A DNA stretch of 64,000 nucleotides. Source: Gammaproteobacteria bacterium. Lineage in GTDB: Bacteria > Pseudomonadota > Gammaproteobacteria > Eutrophobiales > Eutrophobiaceae. Numbering within the stretch: the first letter of the stretch is position 1; each line of letters begins with the position of its first letter. The stretch spans positions 129,641-193,640 of the forward strand of contig CBDFNQ010000035.1 in the NCBI GenBank assembly GCA_965250225.1, in the 5' to 3' direction. Under the pieces are notes generated by a model. That model saw only the letters and a program-made list of their open reading frames with translations. It was not told the DNA's origin and did not search any database. This document shows positions 1 through 12,107 of the stretch, piece by piece. The position numbers and the translations under genes were made by a program.

Positions 1-829
1 GGATAAAATGACCGGCTATCTCTGATCGAGGTATAGCTGACTTTTTTATTTTCTTTGAACCGCCTGAATTAAGCTGAGCAGACTCAGGACGCAAGCCAAA
101 GATTTGTGGCGTTGGCAATGCCAGGCGAAAAACCCAGGCATCCATAATATTAGTGAGCCAATCTTCATAGCTCCATAATGCGATGCCATTGTTTCCCCAG
201 GATTGTCCCCAGGAATTTTGCAGCCAGAACCCTTCCTTATTGTAACCGACGATGGCGAAGGCATGGCCTCCCTCCATTTTATCGGATCTTTCAATGATCC
301 CATTACGAGGTCGATTCCAGCCATGATGAACCTTGGCCGAAACAATAATAGTACCCACCTCATTTAGCGCTACATGGAAATCTGAAATATTCGGTTTTAA
401 TCGATAATAAGCGCCGATGGTGTGCTGGCGGGCGTTCTTTGCCCGTTTAATGGTGAGTTCGCCTTTACTGCCAACCGAATAAGGCCATTTCCCCTCTTCG
501 CAAACCCCCATATTTTTCCAGCCATGGATGACACCACGAATGCTGGAACCATCATAATCTTCACCCGGCCATTCATCATGACGTTTCGCCATTTCATACA
601 ACATACGTGGACTGACACGAGTTGTTTGTTGCATGAGTGTATACATACGGTTGATTGCGGCTGCCAGTGCAAACCCGGTACAAGCCCCTTCGCTTTTTTG
701 ATCAAGGATATGTAAATTTTCAGGTGGGTCGATATTGTCTTGTAATTGGATAAGTGCGGGTTGGTAGTTCCAATCACGGCTGTCTGGTACATCCGGTTTG
801 GCATTCTTAATCCTTCGATAGGTTGACAT
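1..829 (-). CDS. Papain-like (family C1) cysteine peptidase domain protein with no signal peptide; the 3' part lies beyond the window edge
   Basis: The minus-strand frame is open from ATG 829-827 (SD GGAGAGG at 840-834) to position 1 with no stop, so it is missing from the ORF track. Hand translation MSTYRRIKNAKPDVPDSRDWNY...DQKSEGACTGFALAAAINRMY...MEGGHAFAIVGYNKEGFWLQNSWGQSWG shows the Gln-x5-Cys, His and Asn-Ser-Trp blocks of papain-family peptidases. Track ORFs 46..363(-) and 397..804(-) are out-of-frame shadows. Confidence 0.7.
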   Translation of the reverse strand, partial: MSTYRRIKNAKPDVPDSRDWNYQPALIQLQDNIDPPENLHILDQKSEGACTGFALAAAINRMYTLMQQTTRVSPRMLYEMAKRHDEWPGEDYDGSSIRGVIHGWKNMGVCEEGKWPYSVGSKGELTIKRAKNARQHTIGAYYRLKPNISDFHVALNEVGTIIVSAKVHHGWNRPRNGIIERSDKMEGGHAFAIVGYNKEGFWLQNSWGQSWGNNGIALWSYEDWLTNIMDAWVFRLALPTPQIFGLRPESAQLNSGGSKKIKKSAIPRSEIAGHFI

Positions 830-987
830 TTTTCCTCTCCTTTTGTCTAGAGTAAGTATAAATTACTACTTCAGAATATAGCATTATTGAAATCCCTGGA
901 CAGAATATTATTAAAGAGGTAGACGTCCTCTGATATTTTTTATTCTTGAGGGGGACATCATTTTCACGGCTACGGTATCATTGCATT

Positions 988-2757
988 ATGAATGACACCT
1001 TCACAGTTCCCAGAATTCATATACTGGATCCCATATTATCGAATCAAATTGCGGCTGGTGAGGTCATCGAGCGGCCTGCTTCGGTGGTTAAGGAATTACT
1101 GGAAAATTCTCTTGATGCCAATGCTAAACAGATCACTATAGATCTCGAACGAGCGGGTAGTACATTAATTCGTGTTACCGACAGTGGGCACGGTATTCAT
1201 CCCGACGATATGTCGATGGCACTACAAAGTCATTCCACAAGTAAGATCCATAAGACATCTGATCTGGCATCGATCACCAGTCTCGGTTTTCGCGGTGAAG
1301 CATTGGCAAGTATTGCATCGGTGTCGCGCTTCACTTTGCAAAGTTGTCACGATAGTAGTCAACAAGGTGTGTCGCTAACCTTTTCAGCAGATCAAACTCC
1401 CGTGTTAGAACCGTGTGCTCGACCTGGAGGTACTACAGTTGAAGTGCGAAATTTATTTTTTAATACACCAGCAAGAAGAAAATTTTTACGTACAGAGACT
1501 ACTGAATACCTACACAGTATTAGTTTAGTAAAGGCAATGGCATTATGTCATTTTGATTGTGCTTTTCGTATGCAGCACAATCAACGATCTGTTCTAAATC
1601 TTACAATAGCAAGCAATAATTACTCAAAAAGAATCAGTGAAATCTGTGGCAGACAATTCCTGGAGAATTCACAAGCGTTTGATTTTTCCCGCGAAGCAAT
1701 GCGTTTATGGGGTTGGTTGGGAGATGCTGAAATAGCGCGCAGTCAAACAGATAAACAATACCTTTATATTAATGGACGCTATATTCGAGACAAACATATC
1801 AATCATGCAATACGACTTGCCTTTCAGGATCTACTCTATCCTGGACGCCATCCCAGTTATGTGATCTTTCTTGAACTGGATCCGGCTCAAATGGATGTTA
1901 ACGTGCATCCAGGCAAACAAGAAGTACGCTTTCAACGAACCCGTGATGTGCATGATTTTGTTTATAGTTGTCTGAATCAGGTTTTATCACCGAATAGCTC
2001 AAGCCTGGTCGATGTGCCAATGAACGACATTTCATTGTCGTCATCCAATAATGATGATACAGAAATTCATGAGTCAGCTGAACCATATGCTTCTGATAAT
2101 ACAAATTTCCGAGAAAATAATAACATACTGCTGCGAACAATATTTGATGCAAATAACGATTTACCAGATCACAATCTATCGTTAAATAATCGTTATCTGA
2201 TCACGCAGGTAAAGGAAGGTTTTTTATTGATCGATGTATTTGCTGCGCGAGAGCAGATGGTATTAGAAACACTGCAACAACAATATACAAAAAATTCTGT
2301 CATCAGTAGACCTTTATTAATGCCAGTCGATTATCAGAACACATTAGATAATATTGATCTGTTAGAAGAACATTCGGCAATCTTATCAAGGATTGGATTT
2401 CATTATAGACGCACAGCACCTGAACGTTTATTGATCCGTGAATTGCCCGAATGCCTTCGAACTATTCAAATAAATATTTTTTTAAATGACCTGATTGCTT
2501 TATTAACTAAGAACGACAGTGAAGAAAATTTGACTAAAACTATAATGAAATTGGCTGCCAGTCATTGCAACGATGAAATGCCAGAAACATTACGAGGAAC
2601 ATCATCTGGAAAATTCTCAGTAGAATTACCTGTTGATGAACGCAAACTATTAATTGCCTATTACCATCAGCAGATGAAAAATAAGTCACGTTTTAAAAAA
2701 ACACTCTGGTGTGTTCTCGATGATGATGCGATAAAAAAAATTCTTTCTTCGCATTAA
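988..2757 (+). CDS. mutL: DNA mismatch repair protein MutL
   Basis: GHKL ATPase N-terminus ILSNQIAAGEVIERPASVVKELLENSLDA. ATG 988 gives the canonical MutL N-terminus; TTG 946 from the track is a less likely upstream start. The gene order mutL-miaA-hfq is conserved. Confidence 0.95.
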   Translation: MNDTFTVPRIHILDPILSNQIAAGEVIERPASVVKELLENSLDANAKQITIDLERAGSTLIRVTDSGHGIHPDDMSMALQSHSTSKIHKTSDLASITSLGFRGEALASIASVSRFTLQSCHDSSQQGVSLTFSADQTPVLEPCARPGGTTVEVRNLFFNTPARRKFLRTETTEYLHSISLVKAMALCHFDCAFRMQHNQRSVLNLTIASNNYSKRISEICGRQFLENSQAFDFSREAMRLWGWLGDAEIARSQTDKQYLYINGRYIRDKHINHAIRLAFQDLLYPGRHPSYVIFLELDPAQMDVNVHPGKQEVRFQRTRDVHDFVYSCLNQVLSPNSSSLVDVPMNDISLSSSNNDDTEIHESAEPYASDNTNFRENNNILLRTIFDANNDLPDHNLSLNNRYLITQVKEGFLLIDVFAAREQMVLETLQQQYTKNSVISRPLLMPVDYQNTLDNIDLLEEHSAILSRIGFHYRRTAPERLLIRELPECLRTIQINIFLNDLIALLTKNDSEENLTKTIMKLAASHCNDEMPETLRGTSSGKFSVELPVDERKLLIAYYHQQMKNKSRFKKTLWCVLDDDAIKKILSSH

Positions 2758-2766
2758 ATATTATTT

Positions 2767-3699
2767 ATGTCTAAGGTTATTTTTTTAATGGGTTCAACTG
2801 CAACGGGTAAAACCGATATGGCGGTGGAATTAACCCGTCATTTCCCGATGGAGATCATCAGTGTTGATTCGGCAATGGTCTACAAGGACATGAATATAGG
2901 AACGGCAAAACCGACTGCCGATATTTTACAAAATGCTCCCCATCGTTTGATTGACATTTGTGATCCTAAAGAATCTTATTCAGCTGCACGTTTTCGTACC
3001 GATGCCTTACGAGAGATTAAGATGATAGAAGCGGATAGAAAAATCCCTTTATTAGTCGGTGGTACTGGATTGTATTTTCGTACACTGGAAGAGGGGATCA
3101 GTATATTGCCCGAGGCTGATTCCAGTATTCGAACTCAGCTGGATGCTGAACGTCGGCAATCTGGTCTTGCAGCTTTATACGAAAGATTAAAAGCCATCGA
3201 TCCAGGGTCTGCTGAACGTATTGATGCGAATGACCCACAACGAATACAGAGGGCATTGGAGGTTTTTGAAATCAGTGGCAAAACCATGAGTGAACTGTTT
3301 GAAGAGAATCAGAGTGAGCGTTTAGACAGAGATATCATCAAGATTATTTTATTGCCACAAGATAGAAAAACTCATCGCCAGGTGGTTGAACAGCGTTTTT
3401 TACAAATGTTAGAGCATGGCTTGCTCGATGAAGTCCAGCAGCTCTTTGAACGCGGCGATCTGACTGCTGAATTACCGGCAATGCGAATGGTTGGCTACCG
3501 ACAAGTGTGGCGCTATCTTGAGGGTGAATTGGAGTATGAAGAAATGAAAAAACACGCTATTATTGCAACGCGTCAATTAGCTAAACGCCAGACGACCTGG
3601 CTGAGAAAAGAACAAAACGGTCAATTTCTTGACTCGCAAGGTAATGAGAAATTCAGTAAAGTAAAAGAAGTTATAATCAACTATCCTTTAACTGGATAA
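2767..3699 (+). CDS. miaA: tRNA dimethylallyltransferase MiaA
   Basis: P-loop MGSTATGKT and DSAMVYKDMNIGTAKP motif. Position between mutL and hfq. Confidence 0.95.
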   Translation: MSKVIFLMGSTATGKTDMAVELTRHFPMEIISVDSAMVYKDMNIGTAKPTADILQNAPHRLIDICDPKESYSAARFRTDALREIKMIEADRKIPLLVGGTGLYFRTLEEGISILPEADSSIRTQLDAERRQSGLAALYERLKAIDPGSAERIDANDPQRIQRALEVFEISGKTMSELFEENQSERLDRDIIKIILLPQDRKTHRQVVEQRFLQMLEHGLLDEVQQLFERGDLTAELPAMRMVGYRQVWRYLEGELEYEEMKKHAIIATRQLAKRQTTWLRKEQNGQFLDSQGNEKFSKVKEVIINYPLTG

Positions 3700-3826
3700 A
3701 ATCCTGTAATATGGGGTATGACAACTCGCTAGAAGTTGATAATTATACTTAACTATAATAATTACTGTTAAACACACTACATCGGGCTGATAAGCAAGAA
3801 TACATAATAATAAGGAGATACCCAAA

Positions 3827-4069
3827 ATGAGCAAAGGGCATACATTACAAGACCCGTTTCTCAATGCACTCAGAAAGGAGAGGATTCCGGTTTCAATATT
3901 TTTGGTCAATGGGATCAAACTTCAAGGCCAGGTTGAATCGTTCGACCAGTTTGTTGTGCTGTTGAAAAATACGGTAAGCCAGTTGGTTTATAAACACGCA
4001 ATTTCAACCATAGTCCCGGCGAAAAACGTCAAAATGCCAAGGGCCGATGAGGATGGTGGGGATAATTAG
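3827..4069 (+). CDS. hfq: RNA chaperone Hfq
   Basis: [48 protein letters not shown] carries the Sm1/Sm2 motifs. AAGGAG SD lies upstream. Confidence 0.97.
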   Translation: MSKGHTLQDPFLNALRKERIPVSIFLVNGIKLQGQVESFDQFVVLLKNTVSQLVYKHAISTIVPAKNVKMPRADEDGGDN

Positions 4070-4095
4070 TACAATCTATCTACGGTAATTCTTAT

Positions 4096-5391
4096 TTGAA
4101 TCAATCACTTGATGATAAAGAACGAGCCGTTTTAGTTCACATCGATTTTGGTAAAGCCGATTTCGATGAAGACCAGGAAGAGTTTGTTGAATTGGTGAAT
4201 TCTGCCGGTATTGAGCCGGTTGAGCTCGTTGTTGGTAGTCGAAATTCACCCGATCCTAAGTATTATTTAGGCAGTGGAAAAGCCGAAGAGATTGCTGCCG
4301 CCTGTTCACTGCACAAAACTGATGTAGTGATCTTTAATCATTCACTTTCACCGAGTCAGGAGCGCAATCTGGAACGTCTTTGTCAATCTCGTGTGGTTGA
4401 TCGTGTGGGTTTGATCCTGGACATATTTGCCCAGAGAGCCTTTAGTTATGAAGGTAAGTTGCAGGTGGAACTTGCACAACTCACACACTTGTCGACTCGT
4501 TTGATCCGTGGTTGGACCCATTTGGAACGTCAGAAGGGTGGTATTGGATTACGTGGCCCTGGTGAGAGCCAACTTGAAACGGATAGACGTTTGATACGCC
4601 AACGGATTAAAACTATCAAGGCACGTTTAGCTAAGGTCAAGAGCCAACGGCATCAAGGGAGACAGAAACGAATTCGATCCTCTGTGCCTCTTGTTGCTCT
4701 GGTTGGTTATACTAACGCAGGAAAATCGACGTTATTCAATACCTTAACTGGCGCTGAGGTGTATGTCGCTGATCAGTTATTTGCGACGCTTGATCCGACT
4801 CAAAGACGTTTACAATTATCCTCCGGGCATGTGGCCGTGTTAACCGATACGGTGGGGTTTATTCGCCAGATCCCACATGATTTGATTGAATCCTTTCGCG
4901 CCACGTTAGAGGAAGTGAAGGAGGCAGATTTATTATTGCATGTGTTGGATGTGAATGATCCGCAGAGGTTAGCGCATATGGAACAGGTGAATGAGGTCAT
5001 TCATGAGATTGGGGCTGAACACGTTCCTCAAATAGAGGTGTATAATAAGATCGATTTGAATGAAGCATTCGCTGATGCGAGGTTGGAGACGAATAAGGAG
5101 GGTGATCCTAAACGTGTTTGGCTATCAGCAAAGACGACTGAGGGTATGGATGCTCTGAAAGAGGCCATTAATCTATCGCTTTATGAAAAAAATACACATC
5201 ATCAATTGCATATACCGCCAAGTGCTGGCAAATTACGCGCTCAATTATTTGATGCGGGTGCAGTTGAAGAGGAATCACTGCATGAACAAGGTGGTTGGAT
5301 AATGAATATACATCTTGATGAAACAACTCTGGAGTCTCTCTGTCAACAATCGGGTATTAGCTCGGCAGAGATACAGACGTCACTTATTTAA
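4096..5391 (+). CDS. hflX: GTPase HflX
   Basis: TTG start. G motifs GYTNAGKST, DTVGF and NKID. The N-terminal region resembles the HflX domain. Follows hfq. Confidence 0.93.
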   Translation: MNQSLDDKERAVLVHIDFGKADFDEDQEEFVELVNSAGIEPVELVVGSRNSPDPKYYLGSGKAEEIAAACSLHKTDVVIFNHSLSPSQERNLERLCQSRVVDRVGLILDIFAQRAFSYEGKLQVELAQLTHLSTRLIRGWTHLERQKGGIGLRGPGESQLETDRRLIRQRIKTIKARLAKVKSQRHQGRQKRIRSSVPLVALVGYTNAGKSTLFNTLTGAEVYVADQLFATLDPTQRRLQLSSGHVAVLTDTVGFIRQIPHDLIESFRATLEEVKEADLLLHVLDVNDPQRLAHMEQVNEVIHEIGAEHVPQIEVYNKIDLNEAFADARLETNKEGDPKRVWLSAKTTEGMDALKEAINLSLYEKNTHHQLHIPPSAGKLRAQLFDAGAVEEESLHEQGGWIMNIHLDETTLESLCQQSGISSAEIQTSLI

Positions 5392-5427
5392 CTAATTTTT
5401 AATAAATATATTTTGGAGAGTATGACT

Positions 5428-6579
5428 ATGGGCTGGAATGAGCCTTCAGGCAACAATAACGACAAAGACAAAGATCCCTGGGGTAACCGTGGGAATGATG
5501 ATGGGCCACCTGATCTCGATGAGATCATGAAAAAATGGCAGAAAGGCCTGGGTGGTATATTTGGTAAAAAATCCAATGGCTCACCGACTCGCTCAGGTAA
5601 TCGTGGCTCCTTACCGTGGGGGCTCATGTTAGCGGCATTGGTTGCCTGGCTTGCCTATGACATGTCTTATGCCATAGATCAGCAGGAACGTGGTGTTGTT
5701 TTACGCTTTGGACGAGCGGTAGATACCATGCAACCAGGCTTAAATTTTCGCTTTCCTCGTCCAGTAGAAGAGGTTCTCAAAGTCAACGTTGGTCAGGTTC
5801 GTCAGATAACCTCTCGCTCCTCGATGCTGACCCAGGATGAAAACATTGTCGATGTTGATGTTGCTGTAAAATGGCAGATTAAGGATCCGACAGAATATCT
5901 ATTTAATGTCTATGACCCTGTATCAACATTACATCAGGCAACCGAGAGTGCAGTCCGTGATGTGATTGGTAAATCAAAGCTGGATTTTGCCTTGACCGAA
6001 GGCCGTAATGAGATTGCCCAGAAACAACAATTACTCTTGCAGAGTATTCTGGATGAATATAAAGCCGGGATCTTGATTGTTGGTGTTGAATTGCAATCAA
6101 CGAAACCACCTGAACAGGTGAAAGATGCCTTTGATGATGTCATTAAGGCACGGGAAGACAAAGAACGTAAGGTCAATGAAGCAGAAGCCTATCGTAATGA
6201 AATTATTCCTCAGGCGAGAGGTGAAGCCGCTCGTATCACGGAAGAATCCAATGGTTATAAAGCGCGTGTCATAGCCAAGGCAGAAGGTGAGGCCAGTCGT
6301 TTTGATCAGCAATTACGGGAATATCAACGGGCACCGGAAATCACTCGTCAGCGTTTGTATCTGGATGCGATGGAAAATGTGTTTTCCAATAGCAGTAAGA
6401 TTTTATTAGATGCAGATAATAGCAACAGTCTGATGTATTTACCCATTGATCAACTAATGAAACAAAACAGCTTAATGCCTTCAAATAACAACACGCCTCG
6501 GAGCACATCCAGTCAATCATCACAATTGAACAATACCGCTCCTTCTCGTATTCCTGACACAACAAGAGGAGTCCGCTAA
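5428..6579 (+). CDS. hflK: FtsH protease modulator HflK (SPFH/band 7)
   Basis: N-terminus MGWNEPSGNNNDKDKDPWG is typical of HflK, and a band-7 domain is present. GGAG at 5415-5418 favours ATG 5428; alternative starts are TTG 5413 and ATG 5422. Confidence 0.93.
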   Translation: MGWNEPSGNNNDKDKDPWGNRGNDDGPPDLDEIMKKWQKGLGGIFGKKSNGSPTRSGNRGSLPWGLMLAALVAWLAYDMSYAIDQQERGVVLRFGRAVDTMQPGLNFRFPRPVEEVLKVNVGQVRQITSRSSMLTQDENIVDVDVAVKWQIKDPTEYLFNVYDPVSTLHQATESAVRDVIGKSKLDFALTEGRNEIAQKQQLLLQSILDEYKAGILIVGVELQSTKPPEQVKDAFDDVIKAREDKERKVNEAEAYRNEIIPQARGEAARITEESNGYKARVIAKAEGEASRFDQQLREYQRAPEITRQRLYLDAMENVFSNSSKILLDADNSNSLMYLPIDQLMKQNSLMPSNNNTPRSTSSQSSQLNNTAPSRIPDTTRGVR

Positions 6580-7442
6580 TGTCTTTCAGAATTATAAGTA
6601 TAATCTTTGTTCTTATTATTGTTGGCTCAGCGACACTCTTTAAGGTTGACCAATGGCAATCAGCATTAGTATTAAAGTTTGGTGAGATCGTTCGTACTGA
6701 TTTCAAACCAGGCTTACATTACAAGATTCCTTTTGTAAATACCGTGGCTAAATTTCAATCTCGATTATTAAGTCTGGATAAGGATCCTCAACGTTTCTTA
6801 ACCTATGAGAAAAAAGATTTAATTGTCGATTATTACGCTAAATGGCGTATTGCTGATATTGAAAAATTTTATATTGCAAGCCGTGGTGGTGATATTGAAT
6901 ACGCGAATAGCCTGTTAGGGCAAAGTATCAATCAGGCGCTACGAGATGAGTTCGGTAAACGTACTGTGCAAGAAGTAGTCGCTGGTGAGCGTGATGAAGT
7001 TATGAATGCAGTGCAAGAAATTTCTGTAGAGCTTGAAGATCGCTATGGTATTGAGGTTGTCGATGTTCGAACAAAACGGATTGACTTGCCAGAAGAAGTT
7101 AGTAGCAAGGTGTATGATCGTATGCGATCTGAACGTGTCCGTGTTGCGAAAGAATTGCGTGCACAAGGTGCTGAGGCGGCAGAGCGTATACAGGCGAATG
7201 CTGATCGTGAGCGTGAAGTGATTCTGGCAAATGCTTATAGAGATGGGGAAACTATTCGTGGTGAAGGTGATGCTCAGGCAACAGGTACATATGCAGCATC
7301 ATTTGGGAAAGACGAAGAGTTCTATGCATTTTATCGAAGTTTGAACGCGTATGAGAGTAGTTTTAAAAATAACAATAATGTTTTGTTGCTTGAGCCTGAT
7401 TCAGAATTTTTTAAATATTTTAATAATCAATCAGGTCATTAA
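6579..7442 (+). CDS. hflC: FtsH protease modulator HflC (SPFH/band 7)
   Basis: Band-7 paralog. The start overlaps the hflK stop (TAATG). N-terminal TM helix. Confidence 0.93.
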   Translation: MSFRIISIIFVLIIVGSATLFKVDQWQSALVLKFGEIVRTDFKPGLHYKIPFVNTVAKFQSRLLSLDKDPQRFLTYEKKDLIVDYYAKWRIADIEKFYIASRGGDIEYANSLLGQSINQALRDEFGKRTVQEVVAGERDEVMNAVQEISVELEDRYGIEVVDVRTKRIDLPEEVSSKVYDRMRSERVRVAKELRAQGAEAAERIQANADREREVILANAYRDGETIRGEGDAQATGTYAASFGKDEEFYAFYRSLNAYESSFKNNNNVLLLEPDSEFFKYFNNQSGH

Positions 7443-7459
7443 TTGACACAAAAAAAACG

Positions 7460-7488
7460 AGCCAGGTTTCAATGCCTGGCTTTTGTTT
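7460..7488 (+). terminator. Rho-independent terminator after hflC
   Basis: Stem AGCCAGG/CCTGGCT (7 bp) with an 8-nt loop, followed by TTTGTTTG about 18 nt after the hflC stop. Confidence 0.65.
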
Positions 7489-7566
7489 GTGTGGCATTTA
7501 ATCGGAGCAATCTTGGGTAATGATAGCCAGTATGAATGAATCCCTTTCACAGTCTGGACAGCCATT

Positions 7567-7751
7567 ATGTGGTCAATGATTTTAACCGCAATTGCCTTGA
7601 TGTTAATATTGGAAGGTATATTGCCTTTCATATCACCGGATAAATGGCGGCAAGTTTTCTTATTGGTGTTACAAATGAAAACCTCTGAAATACGTTTTCT
7701 GGGTTTGTCGAGCATGTTAGGTGGCTTACTTATTTTATTTCTGGTGTTGTA

Positions 7752-7752
<1 letters not shown>
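7567..7752 (+). CDS. Small two-TM membrane protein, DUF2065/YjeT-like
   Basis: 61 aa with two hydrophobic helices. It occupies the slot between hflC and hisZ/purA that yjeT holds in enterobacteria. Confidence 0.65.
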
Positions 7753-10264
<2,512 letters not shown>

Positions 10265-10352
10265 AATTATATTGTTGTTTAAGCAGACATAAAAAAGACG
10301 CTTGAATCTGCTGCTTAATTTATTTCTCAGAGACAGAAACGGGTAAGTTAGA

Positions 10353-10667
10353 TCACGCTTTTTTTGAAGATTTTTCAACAACACCCTGTACATTGGATGC
10401 GTATGTTTCACACAATTTTTGTATCTTTTGCGCATCTTCCATTGATTTGTCTGATATATCCTGTGCGTTCGCTACTTGAGACTCAAGATATTTCTGAAAC
10501 GATTCAACATCATTAATTTCAGTTGCAGATTTCAGTGCATTAACATTTGCCTTGGTGCTTTCCTGAATAGCTTTTAACTGGATAGCGGCAACTTTCTCAA
10601 TACTTTTTACTGCCAACTCGTTTAGCTCTTTAACAGGAGCCAGAAACTGTTCAAATGTCTTGTCCAT
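10353..10667 (-). CDS. Phasin-family protein (PHA granule-associated)
   Basis: About 104-aa alpha-helical protein, MDKTFEQFLAPVKELNELAVKSIEKVAAIQLKAIQE..., matching phasin (Phasin_2-type) architecture. The second ATG is favoured as the start. Confidence 0.6.
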   Translation of the reverse strand: MDKTFEQFLAPVKELNELAVKSIEKVAAIQLKAIQESTKANVNALKSATEINDVESFQKYLESQVANAQDISDKSMEDAQKIQKLCETYASNVQGVVEKSSKKA

Positions 10668-10811
10668 TATATTTTCTTCCAATTGTTTGTGAGTGGGTAT
10701 CTAAAAAAAAGGATACTACATTAAAAATTGCTGCAAAGCAATATATTCTGTGGATTAAGGGGTTGGTATTCAGAATAGTGTGTGTGGTAATGATTGATTT
10801 CAATAATCTTA

Positions 10812-11384
10812 TTACATTAGCTCTGGCTTCATTGCTGTCAGGTTGATTAAGGTTTCTTCCCTATTATCCGGTGGCCGCACACCAAACAATCTTTCCATCA
10901 GTCCAAGATCTTTGCGACTCCACCATAAGAATGGATAGGATATTGATTCATTGGACACCTCAAATCCGGCACCTCTGATTAATTGCAAATATTCCTCGGC
11001 TGTCTTCTGCACTCGCATCGGGTGTCTGAAAAGTAATCGAATTATCCATGAGTGGATGTAGTGTTTTGTCGACTCCGCAAATAACAGAATACCGCCCGGT
11101 TTGAGTATTCTGTAGTACTCTTTGATGGCTTTTTGTTGATAAATAAGATGGTGGAAGGTCTGGTGGCAAAATAACAAATCGACCGAATCGTCATGGAGTT
11201 GCATGTTCGAATTGGAACAACAAACAAATTCAACATCAATACCAATTAGTTTATCCGGGGAAAAACGATCATCTAGCATCTTGAGAGAACGGCCATAGCC
11301 GCAACCGACATCAGCAATAACGGAATATCTCCGTTGTTCTTTCGGTAGTAAACTTTGTAAATCGTTTAGCGCTCTTTCCAACAC
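10812..11384 (-). CDS. Class I SAM-dependent methyltransferase
   Basis: Motif I VIADVGCGYGRS and post-I/II LKPGGILLFAE. GTG start. A stop lies 11 codons upstream, so the N-terminus is short for the family. Confidence 0.75.
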   Translation of the reverse strand: MLERALNDLQSLLPKEQRRYSVIADVGCGYGRSLKMLDDRFSPDKLIGIDVEFVCCSNSNMQLHDDSVDLLFCHQTFHHLIYQQKAIKEYYRILKPGGILLFAESTKHYIHSWIIRLLFRHPMRVQKTAEEYLQLIRGAGFEVSNESISYPFLWWSRKDLGLMERLFGVRPPDNREETLINLTAMKPELM

Positions 11385-11599
11385 CTGGACCGTCCAGGTA
11401 TCGGTGTGTAAAAACTATTTTCCAAAAGCTGATTCAGGGACATGGGGCTCTGTTATCGAGGCACTCATCAAAATTACGTTTCAATACTCAAGGGAGAAAT
11501 CGGATTATTTAGATTACGACAAAATTCTAGTAATCGGAAATGGTTTTCACAGGATGGAGTCCTCGACGAGTGTCTTCTTCGAATAGAAAGTTTTTTGTA

Positions 11600-11686
11600 T
11601 GGTGCCCAGGAGAGGACTTGAACCTCCACGGGGTTACCCCCACTAGCACCTGAAGCTAGCGCGTCTACCAATTCCGCCACCTGGGC
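11600..11686 (-). tRNA. tRNA-Leu (anticodon CAG)
   Basis: Minus strand reads GCCCAGGTGGCGGAATTGGTAGACGCGCTAGCTTCAGGTGCTAGTGGGGGTAACCCCGTGGAGGTTCAAGTCCTCTCCTGGGCACCA. It has a 7-bp acceptor stem, anticodon stem CTAGC/GCTAG with loop TTCAGGT, a long variable arm GGGG-TAA-CCCC, a TTCAAGT T-loop and an encoded CCA. Confidence 0.95.
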
Positions 11687-11733
11687 ATTTCTATTTAGGC
11701 GGGCACCAAATTTTTTTATATTGAGCATTAATT

Positions 11734-11753
11734 AAATAAACGCGCTACGCGCG
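11734..11753 (-). terminator. Minus-strand intrinsic terminator with no upstream CDS
   Basis: Minus strand reads CGCGC-GTA-GCGCG followed by TTTATTT. On the plus strand no T-tract follows the hairpin. The stem is short (5 GC pairs). Confidence 0.4.
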
Positions 11754-11929
11754 GTCGCTAGAAAATGTGTTCCAGACATTTTCAACCGAATATATCCATA
11801 TATTCGTTTTGGACTCCATGTCCTTCGCGATACTCATGCTTCCTCGGTAATTGCTCCCGGCATTACTCTACCCATCCTTGGAGTCGTGCACATCGGTCGC
11901 TCTTATGCGTCCGTGCATCCGCGACACTT

Positions 11930-12081
11930 GGACTCCTGCTTCGCTCTACCACCTACCTCCCTGTAGGTGTGTCCATCGTCTACCCGCCGTTCACGCCATC
12001 CTGGCTGCCACGGCATTCGGGCTCCTCGGCTCTGGCCTCCTGCTTCGCTCTACCACCTACTTCCCTGTAGGCGTGCCCATC
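11930..12081. repeat. 48-nt imperfect direct repeat (11930-11977 and 12034-12081), part of a degenerate roughly 104-119-nt tandem periodicity starting near 11811
   Basis: GGACTCCTGCTTCGCTCTACCACCTACCTCCCTGTAGGTGTGTCCATC versus GGCCTCCTGCTTCGCTCTACCACCTACTTCCCTGTAGGCGTGCCCATC, 44/48 identical by eye. A weaker third unit begins with GGACTCCATGTCCTTCGC at 11811. Confidence 0.85.
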
Positions 12082-12098
12082 ATTCCGTCACCTGGGCA

Positions 12099-12107
12099 TG
12101 TTATAGT
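12099..12107 (+). promoter_or_regulatory. Candidate extended -10 promoter for rnr
   Basis: TGtTATAGT at 12099-12107 matches the TGnTATAAT extended -10 pattern. No good -35 element. It would give a roughly 40-nt rnr leader. Confidence 0.3.

Noticed and set aside
946-987. Upstream in-frame start extensions in the track for mutL (946), purA (8918), radA (22404), the TPR protein (39573), soxB (49835), soxG (54374), bioA (16134) and kamA-like (58985)
   Set aside because: The extensions overlap upstream genes or add non-homologous residues. Internal ATGs give canonical N-termini.
10270-10325. Possible bidirectional terminator between purA and the phasin gene (TTAAGCAGA...TCTGCTGCTTAA)
   Set aside because: The stem needs a bulge and a loop of about 19 nt, and there is no clean U-tract on either strand.
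10696-10741. Short palindromes upstream of the phasin gene (GTATC-N10-GATAC and TTGCT-GCAA-AGCAA) as a possible PhaR-type operator
   Set aside because: The arms are only 5 bp, which is easily found by chance in AT-rich DNA. No regulator gene is nearby.
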